DNA from: Candidatus Iainarchaeum sp.
GTDB taxonomy: Archaea; Iainarchaeota; Iainarchaeia; Iainarchaeales; DTGL01
Direction: 5' to 3'
Assembly (NCBI GenBank): GCA_038736825.1
Contig: JAVYME010000026.1
Span: 1 to 16,841 of the forward strand
DNA: 16,841 nt
Position numbers and translations under genes: made by a program. The notes below the pieces were generated by a model, which had not been told where the DNA came from, did not search any database, and was given only the letters and a program-made list of their open reading frames with translations. Positions 1 to 7,284 of this stretch are shown here, piece after piece (position 1 is the first letter of the stretch; each line of letters starts with the position of its first letter).

Positions 1-1048
1 ATTCTTGCATGAATTGCTTTTTTTCTTTGAGGTAATTGAATAGGTCTTCAATGTTGCCGGCTGGCTTTAAAGTGAACTTATAGTTTCCTTGCGTCCAAGA
101 AACATCGCCATAAAACAGGTTTGGTGTTTTTTCACCCAATATCTTTTTGGCCTGTGATTCCATAAATTTTGCCATTCCTTCATCAAACCATGCTGTGCCT
201 GAACTGTTCCATTTTATTGCTTGTGCATTGAACGCGTGAACGGATTCGTGCAAGATTACTGCGGTTGCGTTTTTTTCAAAAGCGCTTTCCTTTAAGACAA
301 TTATGCCACCGCTCCTGTAAACTCCCTCGCTATAGTAATTGATTTTTTGCAAATATTCTTGGTTGGAGAGAACAAGCACTGGTATTTTCTTGAATGGCGC
401 ATTAAAACCCAAAATCCTTGGCAGGATTTCAAACAAGTTGTCTGCTTGCTTTAAGCCGTTTTCAGTGAGTTGCTTTTCTGCAAGGCTGCTTTTGTTGAAC
501 AAAAAAAAGTGTTCAAATTCAATTCCGGCATTTGAATAAAAGGCTGAAATGAAAACAGGTCCTTTTCCGGAAAGCTTGAGTGTTCCATTGCTTATTTCGC
601 CTTTGAATCCCTGGCTTGATTCAAAAGAGATAAGCGTTTCGCCTTTCACTTCAACTGTTGTGATTGAATCTTGGCTTCCCGGCAGAGATAGTTCCACAGC
701 ATAAAGTGGCGCAAAATCTTCAAAAGCGATTCCTTCAACCTTGTACTTTATCTGGACTGTTTCTTTGGTTTTTAAGTTTCCCTTGTTTGTTTCAAAGGAA
801 AGAGTGTCATTTGAGACAGAGTATTTTTTTATTTGTCCCATTGAATCGCGCAAGGAGACCAAAATGCTGTTTGGCGGCAAAGAAAAGTTGTTAACCGTAA
901 AAGAATTGGCTGGAGTTGAAGAGTCTAATCCAATGGTTGTGGTGAAAAACGCATTTTTTCCCTGTAATTCTATGCTGTAATTGAAATAGCCGCCAGAGGC
1001 ATTCATCAAGCAAAAAATAAAGAGTGCTGGCAAAAGGGCTCTTTTCAT
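1..1048 (-). CDS. Secreted zinc metallopeptidase, gluzincin type (HExxH-X18-E); 3' end lies beyond the window
   Basis: Absent from the supplied track because no stop falls inside the window. I read the minus-strand frame codon by codon from ATG (1048..1046) down to position 2 and found no stop (349 codons). The N-terminus MKRALLPALFIFCLMNASGG is signal-peptide-like. Codons 250..236 read HESVH, and exactly 18 residues later comes Glu in WFDEG (codon 181..179), the gluzincin/M1-like metal signature. Confidence 0.7.
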   Translation of the reverse strand, partial: MKRALLPALFIFCLMNASGGYFNYSIELQGKNAFFTTTIGLDSSTPANSFTVNNFSLPPNSILVSLRDSMGQIKKYSVSNDTLSFETNKGNLKTKETVQIKYKVEGIAFEDFAPLYAVELSLPGSQDSITTVEVKGETLISFESSQGFKGEISNGTLKLSGKGPVFISAFYSNAGIEFEHFFLFNKSSLAEKQLTENGLKQADNLFEILPRILGFNAPFKKIPVLVLSNQEYLQKINYYSEGVYRSGGIIVLKESAFEKNATAVILHESVHAFNAQAIKWNSSGTAWFDEGMAKFMESQAKKILGEKTPNLFYGDVSWTQGNYKFTLKPAGNIEDLFNYLKEKKQFMQE

Positions 1049-1174
1049 GAAAAAACTATTGTTGTTGCCTTTTTTAAAACCCTTTTTTTTGGGAATTTTT
1101 GCCCCACAAACCTTTTTTAACCTGAAACACGTATTCTTTTATTGTTGCTTTCTTGTTGCAATGATTTGATTGTA

Positions 1175-1194
1175 ATTGGTTTGGATTGGTTTGA
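1175..1194 (+). repeat. Tandem 10-bp direct repeat (attggtttgG / attggtttgA) abutting the start codon at 1195
   Basis: Read directly: 1175..1184 and 1185..1194 differ only at the last base. Confidence 0.8.
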
Positions 1195-2472
1195 ATGAAT
1201 GCTTTGCTTGTTGGGCTTGGCGGTTGCCGTGAGGTTGGCAGGAGTGCTTTTTTGCTGGATGCTGGAGAAAAATTTCTTTTAGATTGCGGAATAAAGCTAA
1301 CACCTGAAGGCACAGAGTATCCCTCGCATGTTGATACAAACATTGCGGCTGCAATAATTTCTCATGCTCACTTGGATCATTCCGGCAATCTCCCGCACTT
1401 GTTTCTCAAAAGCAATCCCTTGTGTTATATGACTCCTCCAACTTTGGAGTTGGCTGAAATCTTGTGGCATGACACTTTAAAGATTGCCGGCATAGAGGGC
1501 ACTGTTGAAAAATTCTCCAAAGAGGAAATCCGCAGAACAAAAAGGTATTCTTTTCCTTTGGGTTACAAGCGCAAAATAGAGATTTCGCCAAACGTTTCAC
1601 TGGAATTCTTTAATGCAGGGCACATACTTGGCGCGGCAATGACAAGGCTTGAATTCAAGTCCTTTTCTTTTCTTTACACTGGCGATTTCAAGGCAGAAGA
1701 AACAAGATTGCATGAAAAAGCCGATCTTAAAACCGGAAAAAACGATTTTGTTTTAATGGAAAGCACTTATGGTGACCGCGACCACCCTGACCGCTTAAAA
1801 GAGGAAAAGGCTTTTGTTGAAAGGGTTAAAGAGACAGTTGAGGGCGGAGGCCACGCACTGATTCCTGCATTTGCAGTTGGAAGATCGCAGGAAATAGTGG
1901 ATGTTTTGTTTGAGCACAAAGTCAAATTTCCAGTGTTTCTTGACGGAATGAGCCAAAAGGCAGCTCTTGTTTCATTAAAATACCCTGAATACTTGAAGGC
2001 GGCAAAGCAATTAAGGAATTCCCATAAAAAAGTGGAATGGGTGCGCACGAAAAAGGACAGGCTGAGAGCACTGGATGAGCCAAGCGCGATTGTGACAACT
2101 GCGGGCATGCTTGAAGGCGGTCCAATTCTTTCCTATATAAAGCAGTTGTGGAATGATCCTTCGTCCAGCATTCTTATCACTGGCTATCAAGTGGATGGAA
2201 CCCAGGGTAAAAGGTTGTTGGAAGAGGGCGTAATCCATATAGACGGTCGCGATTACAAAGTGGAATGCTTGGTTGAAAAGTTTGATTTTTCAGCGCATGC
2301 TTCGCAGACTGAAATGGTTGAATCTGTGAAAAAGTGGTCTCCAAGACAGGTTTTGCTTGTGCACGGAGAGTTTGAAAAGGCAATGGCTCTCAAGAAAAGG
2401 ATTAAAGAGGAATCTGGCATTGATACTGTAATCCTTGAAAGGGACAAACCGCACAAGCTGGACTTGAGTTGA
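1195..2472 (+). CDS. Metallo-beta-lactamase / beta-CASP ribonuclease, aCPSF2-like (no KH domains)
   Basis: 425-aa ORF. Carries the HxHxDH motif (SHAHLDHSG), GDF, ESTYGDRDH and a C-terminal LVHGE, typical of the CPSF73/aCPSF beta-CASP family. The length matches the KH-less archaeal paralogue. Confidence 0.85.
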   Translation: MNALLVGLGGCREVGRSAFLLDAGEKFLLDCGIKLTPEGTEYPSHVDTNIAAAIISHAHLDHSGNLPHLFLKSNPLCYMTPPTLELAEILWHDTLKIAGIEGTVEKFSKEEIRRTKRYSFPLGYKRKIEISPNVSLEFFNAGHILGAAMTRLEFKSFSFLYTGDFKAEETRLHEKADLKTGKNDFVLMESTYGDRDHPDRLKEEKAFVERVKETVEGGGHALIPAFAVGRSQEIVDVLFEHKVKFPVFLDGMSQKAALVSLKYPEYLKAAKQLRNSHKKVEWVRTKKDRLRALDEPSAIVTTAGMLEGGPILSYIKQLWNDPSSSILITGYQVDGTQGKRLLEEGVIHIDGRDYKVECLVEKFDFSAHASQTEMVESVKKWSPRQVLLVHGEFEKAMALKKRIKEESGIDTVILERDKPHKLDLS

Positions 2473-2529
2473 GTGCAGTGTTTTTAGTGCTGTTTTTCCC
2501 TCATTGGATAAAATTGTGTAAGATTTGAA

Positions 2530-3321
2530 ATGAACTTTTTTGAATTCCTCAAAGATGCTTTTAGTGCACTTAAAAGCAATCCAAAGCTTTTTGTTCCAAA
2601 GCTTTTTGTTGCAGCAGTCTATGGCGTTGAAATGGTGCTTGTAGCCATTTATTTGAGGGACATTTACCCTCTCTTGAAAAGCGTGCTTGAAGGCGATTCT
2701 TTGGCATTGCAATCAGAAGCCCTGGGACAGGCAATGCCTTTTGTTTGGCTTGCATTTTTCTGGTCGGTTTTTTCACTTTTTGCAGACATTTTTGTAAGCG
2801 CAATGTATCCTGTTCTAGTGCGCGATTTCAAAAACAAAAAGGCAATCTCCCTTACAAAAGCCTTTTATGATGCTAAAGCGCGTGCCATAAAAGTGATTCC
2901 AATGGGCTTCTTGATTGTTTTTGCCTTTGGCATTCCAACAATTGCAATTTCAACCATTGCATCGCGTTTCACTGGAGGCCCGTTTCTTTTAATATATCTT
3001 GCTTTGGCGGTTGTTGTTTCCATTTTGGTTTTTTTTGTATTGTATTATGTTTTTCCAGTGCTTATGCTTGAAGAGGGTTCTGCCTTTGAGGGGCTTTCAA
3101 GGGGATTTAACTTGAGTGCCAAGAATGCTGCGCTTACCTTGAAGGCATCGCTTTTCCCGCTGGCAATATCTCTTTTAGATTTGTATCTTGCCTTTGACAT
3201 TTTCAATCCATTTAATTTTTTGCTTTTTGTTTTTACTCGCTTTCTTATAGCAATCATTGCAGCCTATAATGCGACACTGGAGCCCATTCTTTATTTTGGG
3301 GTTGCGGGGCGGAGCAAGTGA
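2530..3321 (+). CDS. Polytopic integral membrane protein, unknown function
   Basis: 263-aa ORF with about 6 long hydrophobic segments and no motif I recognise. Contains an in-frame 15-bp tandem duplication (PKLFVPKLFV). Confidence 0.65.
   Translation: MNFFEFLKDAFSALKSNPKLFVPKLFVAAVYGVEMVLVAIYLRDIYPLLKSVLEGDSLALQSEALGQAMPFVWLAFFWSVFSLFADIFVSAMYPVLVRDFKNKKAISLTKAFYDAKARAIKVIPMGFLIVFAFGIPTIAISTIASRFTGGPFLLIYLALAVVVSILVFFVLYYVFPVLMLEEGSAFEGLSRGFNLSAKNAALTLKASLFPLAISLLDLYLAFDIFNPFNFLLFVFTRFLIAIIAAYNATLEPILYFGVAGRSK
2581..2610 (+). repeat. Perfect 15-bp tandem duplication (ccaaagctttttgtt x2) inside a CDS
   Basis: 2581..2595 is identical to 2596..2610. In frame, it duplicates the peptide PKLFV. 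Confidence 0.9.
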
Positions 3322-3327
3322 TTTGAT

Positions 3328-4041
3328 ATGGAGGAATTTTGCCCAAAGTGTGGTTCCATTAAAGGCCCTTTTCTTGGGGGTTTTTGCAAGGCTTGTTATT
3401 TGGAGGACCACGAGATAATTGTTTTGCCTGAAACAATTGAAATAGAAAAGTGTGCTAGGTGTGGAAGGATTAGGTTGTCCGGGCAATGGGTTGAGGACAA
3501 CAATGCATTAATTGCAGAGTTTTTGGACAAAAAAACCAAAATAAAAGACATGGATGATGCAATTGTTTCAGTGGATTTTGAGGAATCACTTAAAGTCGAC
3601 AGGATTGCAATTGTAAAAGCCCAAGGGGAAATTTCTGGCGTGCATGCAGAGGTTGCAAGAAAAATATTGCTTGCTTTCAAAAGGGTTGCTTGTCCTTCCT
3701 GTGGAAAGATTTCAGGAGGCTATTTTGAGGCAAAAATTCAAATAAGGTGGAATGGTAAGAGAAACTTGAAAAAAGAAAAAAGTCTTTGCAGTGAAATGAA
3801 GCGACTGCTTTTTGCAATGAGTCAAACAGATCCACTGGCGATTGTGACAGATGAATCTGAAGCCCAAAACGGGTGCGATCTTTACATAGGTTCTAACAAG
3901 GCAGCCAAGGCAGTGCTTTCAATGCTAAAAAACAGGTTTGATGCAACAGTGCATTCATCTGCAAAGCTTTCAGGTTTCACCAAGAGTGGAAAGGAAAGAT
4001 ACAAAATAACTTACAGTGTGAGGCTGAAAGGGGAAAAGTGA
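3328..4041 (+). CDS. nmd3: NMD3-family protein (archaeal homologue of the 60S export/maturation adaptor), unusually short
   Basis: The N-terminus MEEFCPKCG...FCKACY...EKCARCGRIRLSGQWVE plus a later CPSCG gives four CxxC pairs arranged as in the NMD3 N-terminal zinc domain. AGTGA lies 8 nt upstream of the ATG. Confidence 0.7.
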   Translation: MEEFCPKCGSIKGPFLGGFCKACYLEDHEIIVLPETIEIEKCARCGRIRLSGQWVEDNNALIAEFLDKKTKIKDMDDAIVSVDFEESLKVDRIAIVKAQGEISGVHAEVARKILLAFKRVACPSCGKISGGYFEAKIQIRWNGKRNLKKEKSLCSEMKRLLFAMSQTDPLAIVTDESEAQNGCDLYIGSNKAAKAVLSMLKNRFDATVHSSAKLSGFTKSGKERYKITYSVRLKGEK

Positions 4042-4319
4042 TGAGGGAGGCGCGAGATAATATTTTGAAAGCCATAAATGCCTTAGCTTGGCTTCTTATA
4101 AGTGCTTTCATTGTTGTCTTCTTTGCATGGTTTGCTGTCCGCCTTGCAGCAGAGACAATGCCAAATGCTGAAAAACTTCCAGCTGGAGTTCCTGTAAGAA
4201 GACAAACTTTTGAATGGATTGCTGACAGCCTTCTTGCACCAATCCTTCTTTTAATTGCAGTTCTTTTTGTTATTGTGCTGATAATGTCGCTTTTGCACTT
4301 CAAACAATTCAGAATTTGA
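4038..4319 (+). CDS. Small two-TM membrane protein, translationally coupled to nmd3
   Basis: Its ATG overlaps the nmd3 TGA (gtgATGA). 93 aa with two hydrophobic helices. No recognisable family. Confidence 0.5.
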   Translation: MMREARDNILKAINALAWLLISAFIVVFFAWFAVRLAAETMPNAEKLPAGVPVRRQTFEWIADSLLAPILLLIAVLFVIVLIMSLLHFKQFRI

Positions 4320-4356
4320 AAGCCCTTTTTCAAGAAACCTTTTTTTGCTGCCAGCA

Positions 4357-5067
4357 TCAAACTTCAAATTTTTTCAGGGTTTCCTTGATTTTTTCCACGG
4401 GTTCTGTTGTTACAAGCAATGGGATTTTTTCGCTTTCCGCTATTTTTTTGGCGATTTCATCCACTTTTTCTGGCTCTTTTGGGCCATGCAATACTACAAT
4501 GCTTGGTTTCATGTCAGTGCTGAACCTGCCGATTTTTACAGCAATCATTGGAGAGCGGCCGTTTTCGACTTTTTGGAATATTAGTGCTCTGTCTGGTGTT
4601 CTCCCATATAATTGCATGTATTCGTGAACTGGCACTTCTATTATTACTTTCAATGAGTCAATTAAAGTGTATCCATAAATGCTTGTTTCTTTGAGCCTGC
4701 TCTGGTTTGCAATGCAGGTTGCCCCTATTTTTTCAGCAAAGTCTTTTCCGGTTATTGCAGAAGCGAATTCGTGGATATCGAAAGCCTCTTGGCTTGGCCC
4801 AAAATCTTTTTCCAGCTGTTTTACTATTTTTCCGCCCCTGTTTTTGTCTATTTCTATTAGTGCGGTTACAAGCCGGTTTATGACGCCTATGCCTGGGCTT
4901 TTCCTGCGCCCGCCTTCATAGTCGCTTATGGTTGAAGAACTTACTTTGAGGAAGTCAGCCAGCTCGGTTTGTGAAATGCTGAAGATTTCGCGCCATTTTT
5001 TCATGCTGCCCCCTGGGTCTTTTGATAGCGTTATTTCTCCAGCAATTGTAATTGCAAGCTTTTCCAT
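4357..5067 (-). CDS. XRE-type HTH transcriptional regulator with an archaeal C-terminal domain (COG1395-like)
   Basis: WREIFSISQTELADFLKVSSSTISDYEGGRRKSP is a classic HTH_3 segment. I chose the start at MEKLAITIAG (ATG 5067) rather than the track start 5109, because a TATA-like TTTTTTAAG sits about 27 nt upstream. Confidence 0.8.
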   Translation of the reverse strand: MEKLAITIAGEITLSKDPGGSMKKWREIFSISQTELADFLKVSSSTISDYEGGRRKSPGIGVINRLVTALIEIDKNRGGKIVKQLEKDFGPSQEAFDIHEFASAITGKDFAEKIGATCIANQSRLKETSIYGYTLIDSLKVIIEVPVHEYMQLYGRTPDRALIFQKVENGRSPMIAVKIGRFSTDMKPSIVVLHGPKEPEKVDEIAKKIAESEKIPLLVTTEPVEKIKETLKKFEV

Positions 5068-5089
5068 GTAAAAAATAAAGCAATGCAAA

Positions 5090-5098
5090 CTTAAAAAA
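5090..5098 (-). promoter_or_regulatory. TATA-like box about 27 nt upstream of ATG 5067 (leaderless-type promoter)
   Basis: The minus strand reads TTTTTTAAG, followed by 22 nt and then ATG. Confidence 0.4.
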
Positions 5099-5101
5099 GG
5101 T

Positions 5102-5139
5102 TTCGTCAATCGTCCAATTTAAAAATAGTTTTTGACGAA
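5102..5139. promoter_or_regulatory. Inverted repeat TTCGTCAA-N22-TTGACGAA upstream of the HTH regulator gene
   Basis: Perfect 8-bp arms at 5102..5109 and 5132..5139. The AT-rich spacer contains TTTAAAAATA. Confidence 0.4.
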
Positions 5140-5178
5140 TGTTTTTTTGTGGTTTTTTAAATTAAAATTAGAATTCCC

Positions 5179-5192
5179 AAAAGGCAAAAAAG
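5179..5192 (-). terminator. Oligo-T termination tract immediately 3' of the tRNA
   Basis: The minus strand reads C-TTTTTT-GCC-TTTT directly after the discriminator base. Archaeal RNA polymerase terminates at oligo-T. Confidence 0.55.
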
Positions 5193-5267
5193 CGGGCCCG
5201 GTGGGATTTGAACCCACGACACCCAGATTAGGAGTCTGGTGCTCTGTCCAAACTGAGCTACGGGTCC
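5193..5267 (-). tRNA. tRNA-Arg (anticodon CCU), 75 nt, no encoded CCA, no intron
   Basis: The reverse complement folds as a cloverleaf: acceptor GGACCCG/CGGGCCC, D stem GCTC/GAGC, anticodon stem CCAGA/TCTGG with loop CTCCTAA, V loop GTGTC, T stem GTGGG/CCCAC with loop TTCAAAT, discriminator G. There is one A3:C70 mismatch in the acceptor stem. Confidence 0.9.
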
Positions 5268-5343
5268 TCTGCTTAATGGGTGCCAATTAATACTTTTGGC
5301 TGTAAAGATTTAAAATAAAAAGGCTTTTCCTTTTAATTTTCAA

Positions 5344-6069
5344 GTGAAAAAGTATTTGGTTGTGCTTTCTTTGCTTTTTTTTCCAATGTTTTCGCTAGCC
5401 TATTATGCAGACATAGAGATTGAAATTGAATCTGACGGTTTGGCAATAATTTCTGGTACAACAAACCATCCAGCTCTTGCAGCAGGGCAAAGCCAGAAAC
5501 TAACCTCAAAGAACAACGGGCAATGGCTTTTCTCCATAGACTTGAACGAACAATTTTCAGATTTTGTTTTTTCAGTTCTTTTGCCAGAGGGAGCATCAAT
5601 AACCAATATGGAGGTGCCATCGCCAAGGATTGAAACAAGGAATGGCAGAATTGAAGTGAATGGTTTTGGAAGAAACCAGCCGTTCTCAGTCAAAATACAA
5701 TATTTAATTGAACCACCCAAAAAAGAGCCTTTGCTTCCACTTTGGGCTTATGTTTTACTGTTATTCGCTTTTTTCATTACTGCAAGCTATTCTATTTTAA
5801 GATACAAAAAGAAAACCCTTGCAACAACAAAAGTAATTGAAAAGAAAGGGCTTTCAGAAAAAGAAAAAGCCGCATTGACTGAAAGACAGCTGGCAATAAT
5901 TGAAATTGTTGAAAAAAACAATGGAATGATTTCCCAGAAAAAATTGCAGGAAGCTTTAAGCATTCCAAAGGCATCCGTTTCAAGAAATGTTGAAGCCCTT
6001 GTAAAAAAAGGATATTTGAAAAAGGAACAAAAAGGTATGACCAACATGCTTTTCCTGCAAGAAAAATGA
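5344..6069 (+). CDS. Membrane-anchored winged-helix (MarR/COG2512-like) regulator: signal/anchor, about 125-aa extracytoplasmic domain, one TM, cytoplasmic wHTH
   Basis: GTG start. N-terminus MKKYLVVLSLLFFPMFSLA. TM LLPLWAYVLLLFAFFITASYSIL followed by RYKKK. C-terminus LTERQLAIIEIVEKNNGMISQKKLQEALSIPKASVSRNVEALVKKGYLKK is wHTH-like. Confidence 0.7.
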   Translation: MKKYLVVLSLLFFPMFSLAYYADIEIEIESDGLAIISGTTNHPALAAGQSQKLTSKNNGQWLFSIDLNEQFSDFVFSVLLPEGASITNMEVPSPRIETRNGRIEVNGFGRNQPFSVKIQYLIEPPKKEPLLPLWAYVLLLFAFFITASYSILRYKKKTLATTKVIEKKGLSEKEKAALTERQLAIIEIVEKNNGMISQKKLQEALSIPKASVSRNVEALVKKGYLKKEQKGMTNMLFLQEK

Positions 6070-6080
6070 ATTTTTTGCTT

Positions 6081-6100
6081 GTTCCGCTTTGTTCCGCTTT
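6081..6100 (+). repeat. Perfect 10-bp tandem repeat gttccgcttt x2; a third TGTTCC copy lies at 6123..6128 on the other side of a TATA-like box (6113..6120)
   Basis: Read directly from the sequence. It lies between the regulator stop (6069) and the SD-led gene at 6171. Confidence 0.8.
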
Positions 6101-6170
6101 TTCTCGCAAAAACTTAAATAGTTGTTCCACTGCAATATTTTCCATAAAATTTTAAAAGGAGGAAATAACT

Positions 6171-7280
6171 ATGAACAAGAAAATTTGTTTCGTTTTGCTT
6201 GCATTGACGGCATTGCTTTTTTTGCCAGCAGTGCTTGCAGAAGAGACAACCCCAACTCAAGAACCAACAGAAACACCTGAAATCACTCCCACACCACAAG
6301 AAACCCCTGTGCCTGAAGTGACAGCAACACCAGAAGAAACTCCAGCCAGCACTCCAATGCCAGAGGAAGGCACAGACCCTGAAACAGGCGAACCAATAGT
6401 TGACGAAGAAACATCACAAGAAATCCAGGCAATAAATTCTGGCTATGGAGCTCAAGTAAGACTTTTACAGCTCGAAAAAGCCGTTGTAAGAGCAATAGCC
6501 AGAGGAGAAGCAATAGTTTCCTTTATAAAGGAAAAATTCCCTGAAAAAGACACCAGCGGCCTTGAAGCAATATTGAAAGAATTTGAAGCCTTAAAAGAAG
6601 AAATAAAGACAGAATACGAGTCAGTTAAAGCAAATGGAGTTGACGAAGACACAGTGAAAACCTTTGTGGACTTGAAAAAGGACGCTAGAAGCCTTGCAAA
6701 ACAATTCAGGGACACTGTCCGCGAACTACTGAAAGGAAACGAAAAACAAGGCCTTGCCCAATACCTCAACGAAAAGCTTAAAGAGACAGACAACCAAGAA
6801 ATCGAGGAATTGAATTCCAAAATCAGGGAAAACGCGCAAAAATTCAATGCAGAAAGGCTTGAGGCTTTTTTCGCCAAGCTTGAGCAAAAAGCCCCTGAAC
6901 TGGTTGCAAAAGTGCGAAATGGCGAAATCTCCCTTGCAGAAGCAAAAGCCCAGTTAAGAGAAATAATGAAAGGCTTGGATCCAATTCCAAAAGGCAAAGC
7001 CTTCCAGTGGATGAAAGAAGTCACAGCAAGGGAAAGGGTTTTCGGTCAAGCAAAAGCCTTGGAAGCGCAAAAGAATTTCCTTGAAAGGCGCATGAACCGG
7101 CTTCAAGAAAGAATTGAATGGATGAAGAAAAATGAAGAAGCCGGCGAGGCAGCCAAAAAAATAATGGAGAGAGTGCAGGAAAGAATTCAAAACAGAATAA
7201 CAGACCAAAACCTTTTGGCTGGCAGAATGCTGTCCAAAAACAAGCCTAACGGAAAACCCAGTGGAGCGGGAGGAAGGTGA
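6171..7280 (+). CDS. Secreted protein: signal peptide, Thr/Pro/Glu-rich linker, long alpha-helical/coiled-coil body
   Basis: Strong AGGAGG lies 8 nt upstream of the ATG. N-terminus MNKKICFVLLALTALLFLPAVLA. Then the linker ETTPTQEPTETPEITPTPQETPVPEVTATPEETP. The rest is rich in E/K/A/L heptad-like sequence. No family recognised. Confidence 0.8.
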   Translation: MNKKICFVLLALTALLFLPAVLAEETTPTQEPTETPEITPTPQETPVPEVTATPEETPASTPMPEEGTDPETGEPIVDEETSQEIQAINSGYGAQVRLLQLEKAVVRAIARGEAIVSFIKEKFPEKDTSGLEAILKEFEALKEEIKTEYESVKANGVDEDTVKTFVDLKKDARSLAKQFRDTVRELLKGNEKQGLAQYLNEKLKETDNQEIEELNSKIRENAQKFNAERLEAFFAKLEQKAPELVAKVRNGEISLAEAKAQLREIMKGLDPIPKGKAFQWMKEVTARERVFGQAKALEAQKNFLERRMNRLQERIEWMKKNEEAGEAAKKIMERVQERIQNRITDQNLLAGRMLSKNKPNGKPSGAGGR

Positions 7281-7284
7281 AAAA

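Noticed and set aside
4036-4042. C-box-like GTGATGA (and a few other TGATGA-like words) as possible box C/D sRNA genes near nop5/flpA.
   Set aside because: No matching D box (CTGA) lies at the right distance and no terminal stem is present. This word is simply the nmd3 stop overlapping the next start. No convincing C/D sRNA was found in any intergenic spacer.
6240-6400. Repetitive-looking acc/cca/gaa-rich DNA considered as a tandem repeat or CRISPR-like array.
   Set aside because: It is imperfect low-complexity coding sequence for a Thr/Pro/Glu linker. There is no constant repeat unit or spacer architecture. No CRISPR array exists anywhere in the window.
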